Virus record (IMG/VR): IMGVR_UViG_3300028654_000009
DNA from: a virus
Length of the DNA: 64,000 nucleotides
Strand: one strand, 5' to 3'
A program made the translations under genes and the position numbers. Each line of letters starts with the position of its first letter. Position 1 is the first letter of the stretch. The notes under the pieces are model-generated. The model did not search any database and had not been told where the DNA came from. It was given only the letters and a program-made list of their open reading frames with translations. Of this stretch, positions 36,098-45,033 are shown in pieces.

Positions 36098-38875
36098 TTA
36101 ATTGCACCAGTGGGAAACGATGGTGACAAGGAACACTACGACACCGGCCGTGGTCACGGTCCCCATGTTTTTTGCACAAATAGCAAAGTGTTCGCCGGGC
36201 TGCACGAAGATATCCGGAGTCAAAATCTGGCCGCATTGGTTGGTAGGTATGAAACCTATCGCAGAGCCAGTAGGGATAGCGTGTAAGGACAAAGGCTTCC
36301 TTCGCGGTGCTTTTGTGTTAGCACTTTCGGCAGTAGCCAAAGAAGTGGCTGTGTGTCCCCAGGCGGCGGAGTAGTTGTATAGTACAGGGCCGCCAGTCAA
36401 AGCGGTGGTCACGATTGCTTCTATCTTGATAGAGTCGATAGCCAACGTTCTACCCGTTACTGTGCTGGAGCCGGCTGGGTTCGTGAAATCACAAACGATA
36501 CCGTCAGTACCTACAGTCAAGGTCGGTAGGCAGGCAAACTGTCCGCCCAAGCCGGTGCCCAAAGCTGCGGTGGTGTTGGTCATTGCGGCGCCGGCACCTG
36601 CCGCCTGGTTGTTGGCCAAGTTGGCCGTACTCCCCTGCGTCTGCCCACCAGCTCCTTGTGAACCCGTATTGCCATTCGAGCCCTGAGCCTCAACCCACGG
36701 CTGGTTTAGGTTCTGCCCAGCCATGTTAATGCCGTACTCGATGACCTTGAAGCTTAAAGCACCAGAAGCAGCTGAGCCGCCGATAGCGTGTCTGAAAGAG
36801 AATGGACACGAACCTGGACGGAACGGACGACCACTGGCGGCTGGCGAGTTAATTCGCCCCATCGACGTGTAGCCGTTACCGTCGCGCATGTCGAGCCAAA
36901 ACACACACACGTTCGGGTTGATATAAATCGATCCGTCGTACTCCACACCAGAGGTGGGAACAAAGTTGGCGCCGCCGAACACAGTTGCAAAAGCAGATGT
37001 CAGGGTTTCTGTGCCGGCGTTGTTGGCGACCCCGAACATGCCAGAAGAATTCAGACGGAAGTACGCCCCGTCGGTAGGAGCGTAAGGTGTCGAGGTGGGC
37101 CGCTGGAAGCAACCGAAGTCGATGGTGGTATTAGTGGCGTTCACCGTGCCCGTGAACATGAACTTAAAGTAGATGATCTGGGTACCCGAGGACCAGCAAG
37201 GGAAGAACCGCCGAGTAGAAAATGCAGCGCCGGTATTCGCAGTCGTGATCGATCCACCGTTGGTGGTCACTCCCGTACCTGGATAGGTCACCGTCATCGT
37301 GGTCGTATCGACCGTATGTTTACCTGTGTTTTGGGCGGTATAGCAGAAATTCTCCTGGTCGAACACGTTGTCAATGCTGACACGTGCGCTGAAGTCTTCG
37401 CTGGTTTCAGGAGAGAGAATCCACGGGAAGCCATTCGAGCTTCCGGCATCCGACTCAGTAAAGTTAGTAACCCTTAAAGCACCAGACTTGCCAGTATTGA
37501 GAGGGTTCGTTGTGCCCGGTGTGTAGGCGGGGTAGAATAGCGTGGCTGCCGCCTGATCGAGCCCACCAGACTGTCCAGCTGTAGTAGAGCCTTGAGCTAC
37601 TGCGCTTCCTCCACCTCCGCCAGCCGTAACGTTCACCCTCAGCGCTCCGGTGGTGTCTAACGAAAGCGGAGAGGTCTGGCCGCTGGTGTATGTAGGGCTG
37701 GCGGTGGCCACAGCTCCCTGCATAAGGGGACCCGACTGGCCAGAAGTGGTAGAGCCCTGGGCTAGAGGCAGCAGGGCCAACGTGGCCTGCGTAGCTATGG
37801 TGCCTATGGTGCCGATGTTGGCAGTGATGGTGCCAGAGACAGGTTGAGTAACGGCACTCCCGTCTACCTTCCATGCTACAGTGTTAGGCGTGTTGCCGGG
37901 TTGTACAGTCCAGGTGCCGGACTGAGAGGCCGGGATTGCCGACTGGTCAGACGCAATGGCTACGGCCAGCGAGGAGGCCATGACCTTCTGGCCGAGAGTG
38001 GCGGGGAGCTTCCCCGACATGGTGCTGACGGTAGCGTCCAGTGCCAATGAGCCTGAGGTGCCAATGTTGGCAGTGACAGTACCGGAGATGGTCGGGGTCC
38101 CGCTGATCGACACTGAGCCAGAGATCGGCTGGGTTACCGCACTACCGTCAACCTTCCAGGCTACGGTGTTGGCCGTGTTGCCGGGCTGGACTGTCCAGGT
38201 ACCGGACTGGGTTGCAGCTACGGTGCCCGATACAGGAACGGTACCCGAAATGGCGACTGTACCGCTGACGGGCTGTGTGGTGGCCGAGGCGTCTACCCTG
38301 AGAGCGCCAGCGGTCGTCAATGATAGCGGGGAGGTCTGGGCGGTGGTATAGGTGGGCGAACCGGTGGTGACTGCGCCTAGGGAAAGTCCGCCTTTTTGTC
38401 CGCTTGTCGTGGAGCCCTGAGAGACCTGAAGCCCAGTAACGGAGGCGTCTAGGGCGAGGGAGCCCGAGGTTCCAATGTTTGCCGTGACCGTGCCTGTGAC
38501 CGCCACGGAGCCCGTAATGGTAGTCGAGGTGAGGGAGACGGGGACCGTGTTGTTGGGGCTGATTGCCACCACGAGAGCTTTGTCGGTGGCGACAGCTGCT
38601 GTACTGGCGGCTTTGACAGTGGCAACGTTGGTGCCGTCAGTCAGCTTTGTCTGCTGCGTGCCACCGGTTAGGGTGGCGTCCAGGGCCAGGGTGCCGGCGG
38701 TCCCGATGTTAGCCGTAATCGTGCCAGAGACAGCCACAGGCGTCCCCGAGGCGATACCCTGAATGGTTATGACATCGGTCGAAGCGCTGCCGGCCGTCCC
38801 CAGGGCGGGCTGCTTGGCTGCGGTGGCTGCGCCCGTGGGGAGTACGCTCTGCTGCACCTGGGAAATTGTAAGCAC
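36098..38875 (-). CDS. repeat-rich fibre/appendage protein
   Basis: Repeats TANIGTxGxLALDA, AQGSTTSGQ, WKVDGSAVTQP; globular C-terminal half. Confidence 0.75.
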   Translation of the reverse strand: MLTISQVQQSVLPTGAATAAKQPALGTAGSASTDVITIQGIASGTPVAVSGTITANIGTAGTLALDATLTGGTQQTKLTDGTNVATVKAASTAAVATDKALVVAISPNNTVPVSLTSTTITGSVAVTGTVTANIGTSGSLALDASVTGLQVSQGSTTSGQKGGLSLGAVTTGSPTYTTAQTSPLSLTTAGALRVDASATTQPVSGTVAISGTVPVSGTVAATQSGTWTVQPGNTANTVAWKVDGSAVTQPISGSVSISGTPTISGTVTANIGTSGSLALDATVSTMSGKLPATLGQKVMASSLAVAIASDQSAIPASQSGTWTVQPGNTPNTVAWKVDGSAVTQPVSGTITANIGTIGTIATQATLALLPLAQGSTTSGQSGPLMQGAVATASPTYTSGQTSPLSLDTTGALRVNVTAGGGGGSAVAQGSTTAGQSGGLDQAAATLFYPAYTPGTTNPLNTGKSGALRVTNFTESDAGSSNGFPWILSPETSEDFSARVSIDNVFDQENFCYTAQNTGKHTVDTTTMTVTYPGTGVTTNGGSITTANTGAAFSTRRFFPCWSSGTQIIYFKFMFTGTVNATNTTIDFGCFQRPTSTPYAPTDGAYFRLNSSGMFGVANNAGTETLTSAFATVFGGANFVPTSGVEYDGSIYINPNVCVFWLDMRDGNGYTSMGRINSPAASGRPFRPGSCPFSFRHAIGGSAASGALSFKVIEYGINMAGQNLNQPWVEAQGSNGNTGSQGAGGQTQGSTANLANNQAAGAGAAMTNTTAALGTGLGGQFACLPTLTVGTDGIVCDFTNPAGSSTVTGRTLAIDSIKIEAIVTTALTGGPVLYNYSAAWGHTATSLATAESANTKAPRRKPLSLHAIPTGSAIGFIPTNQCGQILTPDIFVQPGEHFAICAKNMGTVTTAGVVVFLVTIVSHWCN

Positions 38876-38880
38876 ATCCC

Positions 38881-38886
38881 AAGATT
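38881..38886 (-). promoter_or_regulatory. putative late promoter AATCTT
   Basis: AATCTT-gggat-GTG(38875). Confidence 0.75.
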
Positions 38887-38890
38887 GCTC

Positions 38891-38918
38891 TTGACGGATT
38901 CCAAGGTTCGGCTATCAT
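38891..38918 (+). promoter_or_regulatory. sigma70-like early promoter
   Basis: TTGACG-N16-TATCAT; 7 nt to ATG 38926. Confidence 0.75.
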
Positions 38919-38925
38919 CGACTTT

Positions 38926-39180
38926 ATGGCAAAAATGACCATCAACTCGACCACCCCCGAAATCGAACAAGCCCGCGCTCACTACTGGAAAGTCATGAAC
39001 ATCTGGCTTGCCCTGAAGGAAGCGCACGAGAGGCTTACCGCCCAGCTTACAAAGGTTGACGGGCAGGTCCAGGCGGCCCTGGAGGAGCTGAAAGAGGCAC
39101 AGGCTGACCTGGCGTATTCGGCCGAGTACCAAGCAGCATGGGAGGCCGAGCTGGCGGCGAGAAAGGCGCGGGGAGAGTAA
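38926..39180 (+). CDS. small helical protein
   Basis: Follows early promoter. Confidence 0.8.
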   Translation: MAKMTINSTTPEIEQARAHYWKVMNIWLALKEAHERLTAQLTKVDGQVQAALEELKEAQADLAYSAEYQAAWEAELAARKARGE

Positions 39181-39605
39181 TGGCCTGGATCGTATTCGCG
39201 TTCATTCTTCTGTTCTTCGTGTTTGTTCTCGCCCTCGGTGCGATGTTTAGTCGCTACCGAAAATTCGGAGGGGTTCTCGGCATAGTCCTGTCGCTTTTCT
39301 TGCTCTTGCGGCCCATCGGGGCGATCGCTGGGTTCGTGATCGGCAGGTGCTATCAGATGGATGCTATTGAAGCAGTAGAGCTGCGGGCGTTGAAAGCTGA
39401 CTCTCTGCCCCCACTGCCTCCAGGCTTCCACTTAGACACTTCTGTACCGTCAGTCGGCGGCTGGATGAATCCGGCCGGGCTAGTGATTGGCTGGTCTCTA
39501 GGCGCTATTACGGATCTCGTAGCAGGAACGCTTTTCGCCCTTGCGTTTGGATGGGAAGAGTTTAACGCGAGAGCCCAAAGCAGACGCAAGTACAAGAAAT
39601 TTTAG
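39180..39605 (+). CDS. membrane protein (about 3 TM)
   Basis: TAATG coupling; hydrophobic segments. Confidence 0.75.
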   Translation: MAWIVFAFILLFFVFVLALGAMFSRYRKFGGVLGIVLSLFLLLRPIGAIAGFVIGRCYQMDAIEAVELRALKADSLPPLPPGFHLDTSVPSVGGWMNPAGLVIGWSLGAITDLVAGTLFALAFGWEEFNARAQSRRKYKKF

Positions 39606-39607
39606 AC

Positions 39608-39635
39608 TTGACAGGGCGTGTAAAACCCCTAATCT
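39608..39635 (+). promoter_or_regulatory. sigma70-like early promoter
   Basis: TTGACA-N16-TAATCT; 6 nt to ATG 39642. Confidence 0.7.
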
Positions 39636-39641
39636 GTTGGC

Positions 39642-39911
39642 ATGAGTATAATCCTAGCGTTAATTCAATTGGTACCTGCGGTCGTTCTGGTGTGGTCTAC
39701 GATTTCTGACCGTAAAAGGGCAAGGATTGCCAAGGAGGAAGAGTTCAAGCGGATCAAGTGGGAGGCGGCACATTGGGCAAACGACAAAGATGCGTATGTG
39801 CCCCAAGGGGACCGCTACCTGTACTGCGAAAGAGATTCTCAAACCATGACCTTGATAATCAAGGGCGAGTACCCCATAAAACGCGCTCCTCACTTACCCA
39901 AGCTCAAGTAG
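39642..39911 (+). CDS. small membrane-anchored protein
   Basis: N-terminal TM. Confidence 0.75.
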   Translation: MSIILALIQLVPAVVLVWSTISDRKRARIAKEEEFKRIKWEAAHWANDKDAYVPQGDRYLYCERDSQTMTLIIKGEYPIKRAPHLPKLK

Positions 39912-39924
39912 TTCTCGGGTCTGG

Positions 39925-41922
39925 TTAAATATCCCTAGTGGAAACCGCCCCACTCAAAATCGATCCCGAATAGCTCGGCGTAATTGTAATCTGGCCTACA
40001 ATTGTGGTTCCAGGGGTGTCGTACACCTTCCTTCGCTCTTGGGTCAAAAGCCCTGAGCTGTAGGTGTACGAAATCGTCTTTATCAGGTTGGTGGTAGCAG
40101 TGTTCGTCCAGCTTTCGAAGGTGATAGCCCCCGAGGTGTAGGTCACCGTCAGGGTCACGCCAACGGTAACGGGGTCGACTTCCAGCAGTGTGTCGATGCT
40201 TTGCGTGGTCGAGAGGCCCACGTCGCGAGTCATGGTGTAGCCCGTCAAGACGCCCGAGCTATAGATAAAGGCGTATGTGATCTGAGCCTGCACAACTCCT
40301 GAGGTGTCGTAAGCCTTTACGATCTGTGTCGAAACTAACCCCGAGGAGTAGGTGTAATCCACAGTTTTGATTGTCTGTGGCACCACGTTGGCCCAGGTCT
40401 CGTTCATAAGTAAACCGGAGGAGTAGGTCGGTGTCCAATTGATAGTTGGAGTCGCCGGATCGTTCATCAAGATCGCATTGTAGTCCACCCCACCGCCGCC
40501 CCCACCAGCTGGAGCAGCCCAGGTGCCGTCAGCTCTGAGGAAGTTTGTGGTGCCTCCCCCTGAGGCCGGCGTAAGGCCTTGCAGGAGCGAGGTGAACAGG
40601 TTGAGGTCAGCCGTCAGTTGGGTCGAGGTGACGTCAATCGGCGTAGCCGAGGAGCCCGTGTTGTTGCCCTTGTAGGTGTGGGCAGCCATATTGGCTAGCT
40701 TGGCGTTCGTTACCGAGCTGGCGGTTAGGTCCGTCCCCGAGCCCGAGGTAGCAATGGTGGCAAGACCTGAGACTGCCCCTGCGGCGATAGCAATTGATAC
40801 GGACGAAGCAGCTGTTATCAATCCTTTGCCGTTGACGGTGAAACTGCCAACGTGTGAAGCATCGCCAAAGGTCCCTGTGTTCGAGTTGACCGTGGCCAGG
40901 GTGGTGGCCAGCGCGCCGGCAACGGTCGTTATATCTCCCGTCAAGGCCGGGAACCGGCCAGCTGGGAGGGTACCTGCCACAAGGTCAGAAGCGGACCCCG
41001 AGGTAGCAATAGCTGCTAACCCAGACACAGCCCCAGCCGCTATCGAAATGGCCACGCTGGCAACAGCTGTGACGAGGCCCTTCCCATTTACCGTCAGTTG
41101 CGCAACGTGTGCAACATCCCCAAACGAGCCAACATTGGAGTTGACCGTGGCAAGGGTTGTCGCGTAAGACCCACCAGGCGTCGTTATGTCGCCAGTAAAT
41201 GTACCCTGGCGAGCTGCGGGAATGGTACCGGCCACCAGGTCAGAAGCCGACCCCGAGGTGGCAATGGTGGCGAGCCCCGAAACCGCTCCAGCTGCGATGG
41301 AGATAGCGACACTGGAAGCGGCCGTCACCAGGCCCTTCCCGTTGACCGTGAAGCTCCCTACGTGGCTGGCGTCGCCCCAGGAGCCTACGTTGGCATTTAC
41401 GGTGGCCAGGGTGGTGGCCAGGCCCCCTGCGGCGGTTGTCAGGTCACCTGTCAGGGCAGGGAACCGGCCCGCCGGCAAAGTCCCCGCCACAAGGTCTGTG
41501 GCTGAGCCTGAGGTGGCGATAGCGGCGAGGCCCGACACGTCCGAGGCCGAGATGGCCAAAAGAGTCTTGACCTGCGTAGCGGTCAAATCAAGAGCATTGG
41601 CGGTGCCCGCCGTATTGTTGCCCTTGAGCGTAAAGGCGGCCATCTGGGCCAGCTTGGCATTGCTAACCGCGTTAGACGCTATGGTGGCGACCTGGGAGCC
41701 GGTACCGGGCCCGGCCAGGACATCTCCCGTGAGCTGCGTAATCCCGCCGGCTGTCCCTGGGTGGACGTGGTCAATCGCTGCAGCTAGGAGGCTGGTACCC
41801 GCGCTAGCCGTGCCGTTGGCTAGGGGCAGCGTAGAGTTGTCGACATACGCCGCATCTCGGAAGGCGGTGGGAGTGCCCAAATCCGAGATGCGAATTAGGC
41901 CGGCTGACTTAGATGCGCTCAC
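39925..41922 (-). CDS. tail-fibre-like protein with three 85-aa repeats and duplicated C-terminal beta module
   Basis: 255-nt period repeats; TYSSG-rich module twice. Confidence 0.8.
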   Translation of the reverse strand: MSASKSAGLIRISDLGTPTAFRDAAYVDNSTLPLANGTASAGTSLLAAAIDHVHPGTAGGITQLTGDVLAGPGTGSQVATIASNAVSNAKLAQMAAFTLKGNNTAGTANALDLTATQVKTLLAISASDVSGLAAIATSGSATDLVAGTLPAGRFPALTGDLTTAAGGLATTLATVNANVGSWGDASHVGSFTVNGKGLVTAASSVAISIAAGAVSGLATIATSGSASDLVAGTIPAARQGTFTGDITTPGGSYATTLATVNSNVGSFGDVAHVAQLTVNGKGLVTAVASVAISIAAGAVSGLAAIATSGSASDLVAGTLPAGRFPALTGDITTVAGALATTLATVNSNTGTFGDASHVGSFTVNGKGLITAASSVSIAIAAGAVSGLATIATSGSGTDLTASSVTNAKLANMAAHTYKGNNTGSSATPIDVTSTQLTADLNLFTSLLQGLTPASGGGTTNFLRADGTWAAPAGGGGGGVDYNAILMNDPATPTINWTPTYSSGLLMNETWANVVPQTIKTVDYTYSSGLVSTQIVKAYDTSGVVQAQITYAFIYSSGVLTGYTMTRDVGLSTTQSIDTLLEVDPVTVGVTLTVTYTSGAITFESWTNTATTNLIKTISYTYSSGLLTQERRKVYDTPGTTIVGQITITPSYSGSILSGAVSTRDI

Positions 41923-41928
41923 TCAGTC

Positions 41929-41934
41929 AAGATT
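41929..41934 (-). promoter_or_regulatory. putative late promoter AATCTT
   Basis: AATCTT-gactga-GTG(41922). Confidence 0.7.
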
Positions 41935-41939
41935 GCGGT

Positions 41940-42188
41940 CTACGCGGGCGTTGGAGCCCTTTCATCCGTTTCCAGAACACAATGCATGCAATAGCCCATT
42001 TTTCTCCCAGCCGCGTTCTCTTCCAAATAATAGTTCGAGGTAGCGCAATTGGGACACGTTCTCAAACTAGGCGCCTTGGGTGGTTGCCACTCGGCCTGCC
42101 TCGGAGCAAATTCCTCTCTGTCGAAGGTGTTATTGAAAATGTCACGCCGGTTGTCGTTCGCTTCCGAACCATACCCCCGGGTGTCCAC
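41940..42188 (-). CDS. small Zn-ribbon protein
   Basis: CPNC...CMHC. Confidence 0.6.
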   Translation of the reverse strand: MDTRGYGSEANDNRRDIFNNTFDREEFAPRQAEWQPPKAPSLRTCPNCATSNYYLEENAAGRKMGYCMHCVLETDERAPTPA

Positions 42189-42224
42189 CCGGTCCCTCTT
42201 CTGCGCTCTTGGAATTTGGCCTCC

Positions 42225-42908
42225 TTACATGTGCTTCGCTTTGATATCCTCAGCCAGGTGTTTTACTCGTGAGAGGTACGGAGTCATCACGACCTTTTCG
42301 TCGCGAAGGTCCTCCAAGAACTTGAGAAAGCGGTTGCGCACGGTCTTCTTGAACGGCCACATCCAGTAGTAGTTCCCCGTGGTGAACTCAGAAGTCAGCC
42401 AGTCCAGGTAATAGTCCTGGTAGTTGGTATCAATGTCGTGTGCCCAAAAGGTGGCTGCCATGCTGACCTTGTATGCTTCGAATTCGATTATAGCACGGCC
42501 GAGGGCAGGGAGGGGAGCAAAGAAGACCAGGCCGAGCAATCCCCACAACGCACCGATTCCCACGAAGGGAATCAGGATAGGTGAGAACAGCGCCAGGATG
42601 GCCAAAATCTGCGGGAACAGGTACCAGGCGCTCATCAGGCCTGTGGAATACTTTTGAGACTGCAGGGCGTGGTAGCCCTCGTGCAGGATGACAGCGAAGT
42701 CGCCCGAGGTGGGAGACGCGTCTGTACAGGTCGGCTGAGCTGTCCAGCGACCGAGCGTGGTCCAGAACGAGTTCATGTAGCCTTTGTTGCCCAAACGCGC
42801 GAACAGCCAGCCGATAGCCCGGTGGAGCTTCGAAGCTGACTTCTGGGTTACCTCGTAGCTGGGGACGAACTCTTGAACCAGCTCGATGGCTTCCTCGACG
42901 CCAGTCAT
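42225..42908 (-). CDS. membrane protein with HExxH (zincin-like)
   Basis: ILHEGYHALQ, TM hairpin, EFEAY. Confidence 0.75.
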   Translation of the reverse strand: MTGVEEAIELVQEFVPSYEVTQKSASKLHRAIGWLFARLGNKGYMNSFWTTLGRWTAQPTCTDASPTSGDFAVILHEGYHALQSQKYSTGLMSAWYLFPQILAILALFSPILIPFVGIGALWGLLGLVFFAPLPALGRAIIEFEAYKVSMAATFWAHDIDTNYQDYYLDWLTSEFTTGNYYWMWPFKKTVRNRFLKFLEDLRDEKVVMTPYLSRVKHLAEDIKAKHM

Positions 42909-43150
42909 TACTTCTTCCCCAGCAATGCGAGCTTGGCTCGGCGTGCTTGTTCTTCGGCTGCGTTCTTGATGCGGGTGGCATCATTAACGGCCACGTCGTA
43001 AGCCTTCTTGGCTTCAATCAGCTGAGCATCCACGGCCTTCTCGACGGCCTTGACTCCACCCTGCTTTGATAGCCAGTGTGCAAAGACAGAGTAAGCCAGC
43101 GACAGAACGGACAGAATCAGGGCCATGCAGCTAATCGTCAAAGCGTCCAT
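42908..43150 (-). CDS. TM-anchored coiled-coil protein
   Basis: N-terminal TM; TAATG coupling. Confidence 0.7.
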   Translation of the reverse strand: MDALTISCMALILSVLSLAYSVFAHWLSKQGGVKAVEKAVDAQLIEAKKAYDVAVNDATRIKNAAEEQARRAKLALLGKK

Positions 43151-43389
43151 TACTTGGCCTCGGTCGAGTCGTTGACGGTTACGTCGGTGGCAACCAGCGT
43201 GGGAGCCTGGAAGGACGGGTGGCCGGACACAACGTTCCCAGCGCAGTAGATCCCGTAGAGCGCTGGGAGAGCCGTTGCGAGGGTCCCGTAAGCTGTGGCC
43301 GGCACGAAGATGGCAGCAGCGATCAGCACGCTTACGGCGATGATAAACCCGATGAACTTAGTTGAGCCTAGCTTGGGGATGAAATCCAT
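43150..43389 (-). CDS. holin-like two-TM protein
   Basis: LGSTKF...YCAGNVV; start at ATG 43389 after AATCTT. Confidence 0.6.
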   Translation of the reverse strand: MDFIPKLGSTKFIGFIIAVSVLIAAAIFVPATAYGTLATALPALYGIYCAGNVVSGHPSFQAPTLVATDVTVNDSTEAK

Positions 43390-43395
43390 ATTCCC

Positions 43396-43401
43396 AAGAT
43401 T
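43396..43401 (-). promoter_or_regulatory. putative late promoter AATCTT
   Basis: AATCTT-gggaat-ATG(43389). Confidence 0.7.
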
Positions 43402-43630
43402 AGGAGGAGACCTTGACAGGTCCGGTGGAGGTTCCTGCTCCACTTACGGTAACGGCCGGATTGCAAATGAAATCTGGCTGGTACCACGGAGTGTACTTAT
43501 ACGGCACAGAGGAAGCGGGCAGCGGCTGGAAATAGAACGGGCTGCCCATCGCAGCCAACATGCTTCCAATCTCCTGCGGGGTTCCCTCGACCTCGATATC
43601 AATCCCCTGGACTTTGGTCTTCAGCTTCAT
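43400..43630 (-). CDS. small hypothetical protein
   Basis: IEVEGTPQEI motif. Confidence 0.7.
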   Translation of the reverse strand: MKLKTKVQGIDIEVEGTPQEIGSMLAAMGSPFYFQPLPASSVPYKYTPWYQPDFICNPAVTVSGAGTSTGPVKVSS

Positions 43631-43796
43631 GCCTGGAAGATTCAGTCTTAGGGCGCATCAACTCGGCAATGCGGACCTTTGCTCGCTCAATCCTGCGGTC
43701 CATTTCCTCACGTGAACACCCACGTTCGAGGTCGCGCAGGAGACGTTCGGCGTCCTCCCCATACAGGGTCGGAGTCGCCACGATCGGGAGGCTCAT
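43599..43796 (-). CDS. small hypothetical protein
   Basis: PIVATPTLYGEDAERLL motif; ATGA overlap. Confidence 0.7.
   Translation of the reverse strand: MSLPIVATPTLYGEDAERLLRDLERGCSREEMDRRIERAKVRIAELMRPKTESSRHEAEDQSPGD
43637..43642 (-). promoter_or_regulatory. putative late promoter AATCTT
   Basis: AATCTT-ccaggc-ATG(43630). Confidence 0.6.
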
Positions 43797-43957
43797 TGTT
43801 CGCTCTCTGCTTCCTTGCGGTCAGCCTGGCGGGCCCGGCGCTTCGCTGCGCGGCCTTCTAGGCGGTTCTTGCGGTGCGGGCCTAGATACCGCTTGCAGCC
43901 ACGACAATTGATATCGCAGTTCTTGCATTCAATCCGATATCTGTCAAACGTCGTCAT
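43793..43957 (-). CDS. small basic Cys-containing protein (54 aa)
   Basis: MTTFDRYRIECKNCDINCRGCKR...KRRARQADRKE; similar to next gene. Confidence 0.65.
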   Translation of the reverse strand: MTTFDRYRIECKNCDINCRGCKRYLGPHRKNRLEGRAAKRRARQADRKEAESEQ

Positions 43958-44156
43958 CTTCCCAGCCCTCTCTGATAAAGTCCATTACCGAGGCATTGTA
44001 ATCGATGATGGTACGCTCAATCTCACGGACATCTTGCTGCCTGGCCGAGCGCTTCTCTCGGCGCCCGTTACGCCGGTCCTTGTGGTCGAAGCGGTCTTCG
44101 CGCCAGTCGTAAGTAGCCCGCTTGAGGCCAGCCCGGTAGGTATCAAACTGTGCCAT
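43944..44156 (-). CDS. small basic protein
   Basis: MAQFDTYR...KRSARQQD. Confidence 0.7.
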   Translation of the reverse strand: MAQFDTYRAGLKRATYDWREDRFDHKDRRNGRREKRSARQQDVREIERTIIDYNASVMDFIREGWEDDDV

Positions 44157-44534
44157 TTACTTGCTCCCATTCCACCCCAAGAAAAAAGAAAGAGCAGCCA
44201 CGATGGCAGCTCCGACAATGCTGTAAACCATTTTTTTGATATCTCGCTTTTGTTCTACCCTGTTCGCCTCTGCTTGTCGCAGGTTATGCAGGTCAGATTT
44301 GGCTTCCTGCCGGTATTGCTTCAGCTCCTCTACGTCGCGCTTCAACGTACCTAACTCTTCCTTGACCTCAGTAGTATCCTCTTTAATACTCGACACCGCG
44401 CTTTCAAGCCTAGCCATGGAGGGCGCCATCTCCATTAGAATTTCCTCCAGCCTCCACAAGCGGTCAGCGTGCTCGTTCGTCACTCTGCCCATTGGTGTAT
44501 CGTCGTTTACATAATGCGGAGCCGGCTTTGCCAT
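44157..44534 (-). CDS. coiled-coil protein with C-terminal TM
   Basis: Heptads then YSIVGAAIVAALSFFLGW; ATG 44534 after AATCTT. Confidence 0.75.
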   Translation of the reverse strand: MAKPAPHYVNDDTPMGRVTNEHADRLWRLEEILMEMAPSMARLESAVSSIKEDTTEVKEELGTLKRDVEELKQYRQEAKSDLHNLRQAEANRVEQKRDIKKMVYSIVGAAIVAALSFFLGWNGSK

Positions 44535-44540
44535 AGAAAC

Positions 44541-44554
44541 AAGATTACAATCTA
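44541..44554. promoter_or_regulatory. divergent pair of late-type motifs (AATCTT on -, AATCTA on +)
   Basis: aAGATTacAATCTa; 6 nt to ATG 44534(-) and 5 nt to ATG 44560(+). Confidence 0.7.
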
Positions 44555-44559
44555 CAGTG

Positions 44560-45033
44560 ATGGCTCTTTCACAAAGCAAGCTACAACAAGGCCTCCTTCA
44601 GGCGTTTTCGTCTCCAGGTGGAGCTGTCGGCGGGGCCCGGGCGTTGGCTCAGGCTTACTCGAAGTATGCCTTAGATGCCAACAGTTGTGCGGCTGGCACT
44701 ATCCTGCCGGCGGTGTTGGTCCCCAAAACGGCCGGCCTGACCCAGTCTTTGATAGCAGCGTTCAGCTCGGGGCTGGCGCCGGCTACTCAGAATTTGATAG
44801 CAACGGCCTTGTCTTTGTTCTGGCTCGGAGTCCCCTTCACCGCAGCGATCCCGGGGGCGGTTACCGCAGCCATCCCGGGATCGCTTGCTATCGCGTTGCT
44901 TTCGATTTCTGGTGTTCCTAGCTCGTCTGTAGTGTCTTCGAAGCTTTGGGCCACAGCCCTCCACACCTGGACTACCACCTCCGTAATAGCTACTCACACC
45001 GGCATCGGAGCGTGCGTTAGCCCTATTTTCTAA
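44560..45033 (+). CDS. small A/G/P-rich probable structural protein
   Basis: Composition and late-type motif; near spike gene. Confidence 0.65.
   Translation: MALSQSKLQQGLLQAFSSPGGAVGGARALAQAYSKYALDANSCAAGTILPAVLVPKTAGLTQSLIAAFSSGLAPATQNLIATALSLFWLGVPFTAAIPGAVTAAIPGSLAIALLSISGVPSSSVVSSKLWATALHTWTTTSVIATHTGIGACVSPIF

Noticed and set aside
20500-41900. Many 100-285-aa antisense ORFs over structural genes
   Set aside because: Shadow ORFs expected from GC-rich, Ala/Thr/Val-rich coding on the opposite strand; no start signals
43925-43947. Early promoter from TTGACA on minus strand
   Set aside because: No -10 element at 16-17 nt and it lies inside a coding overlap
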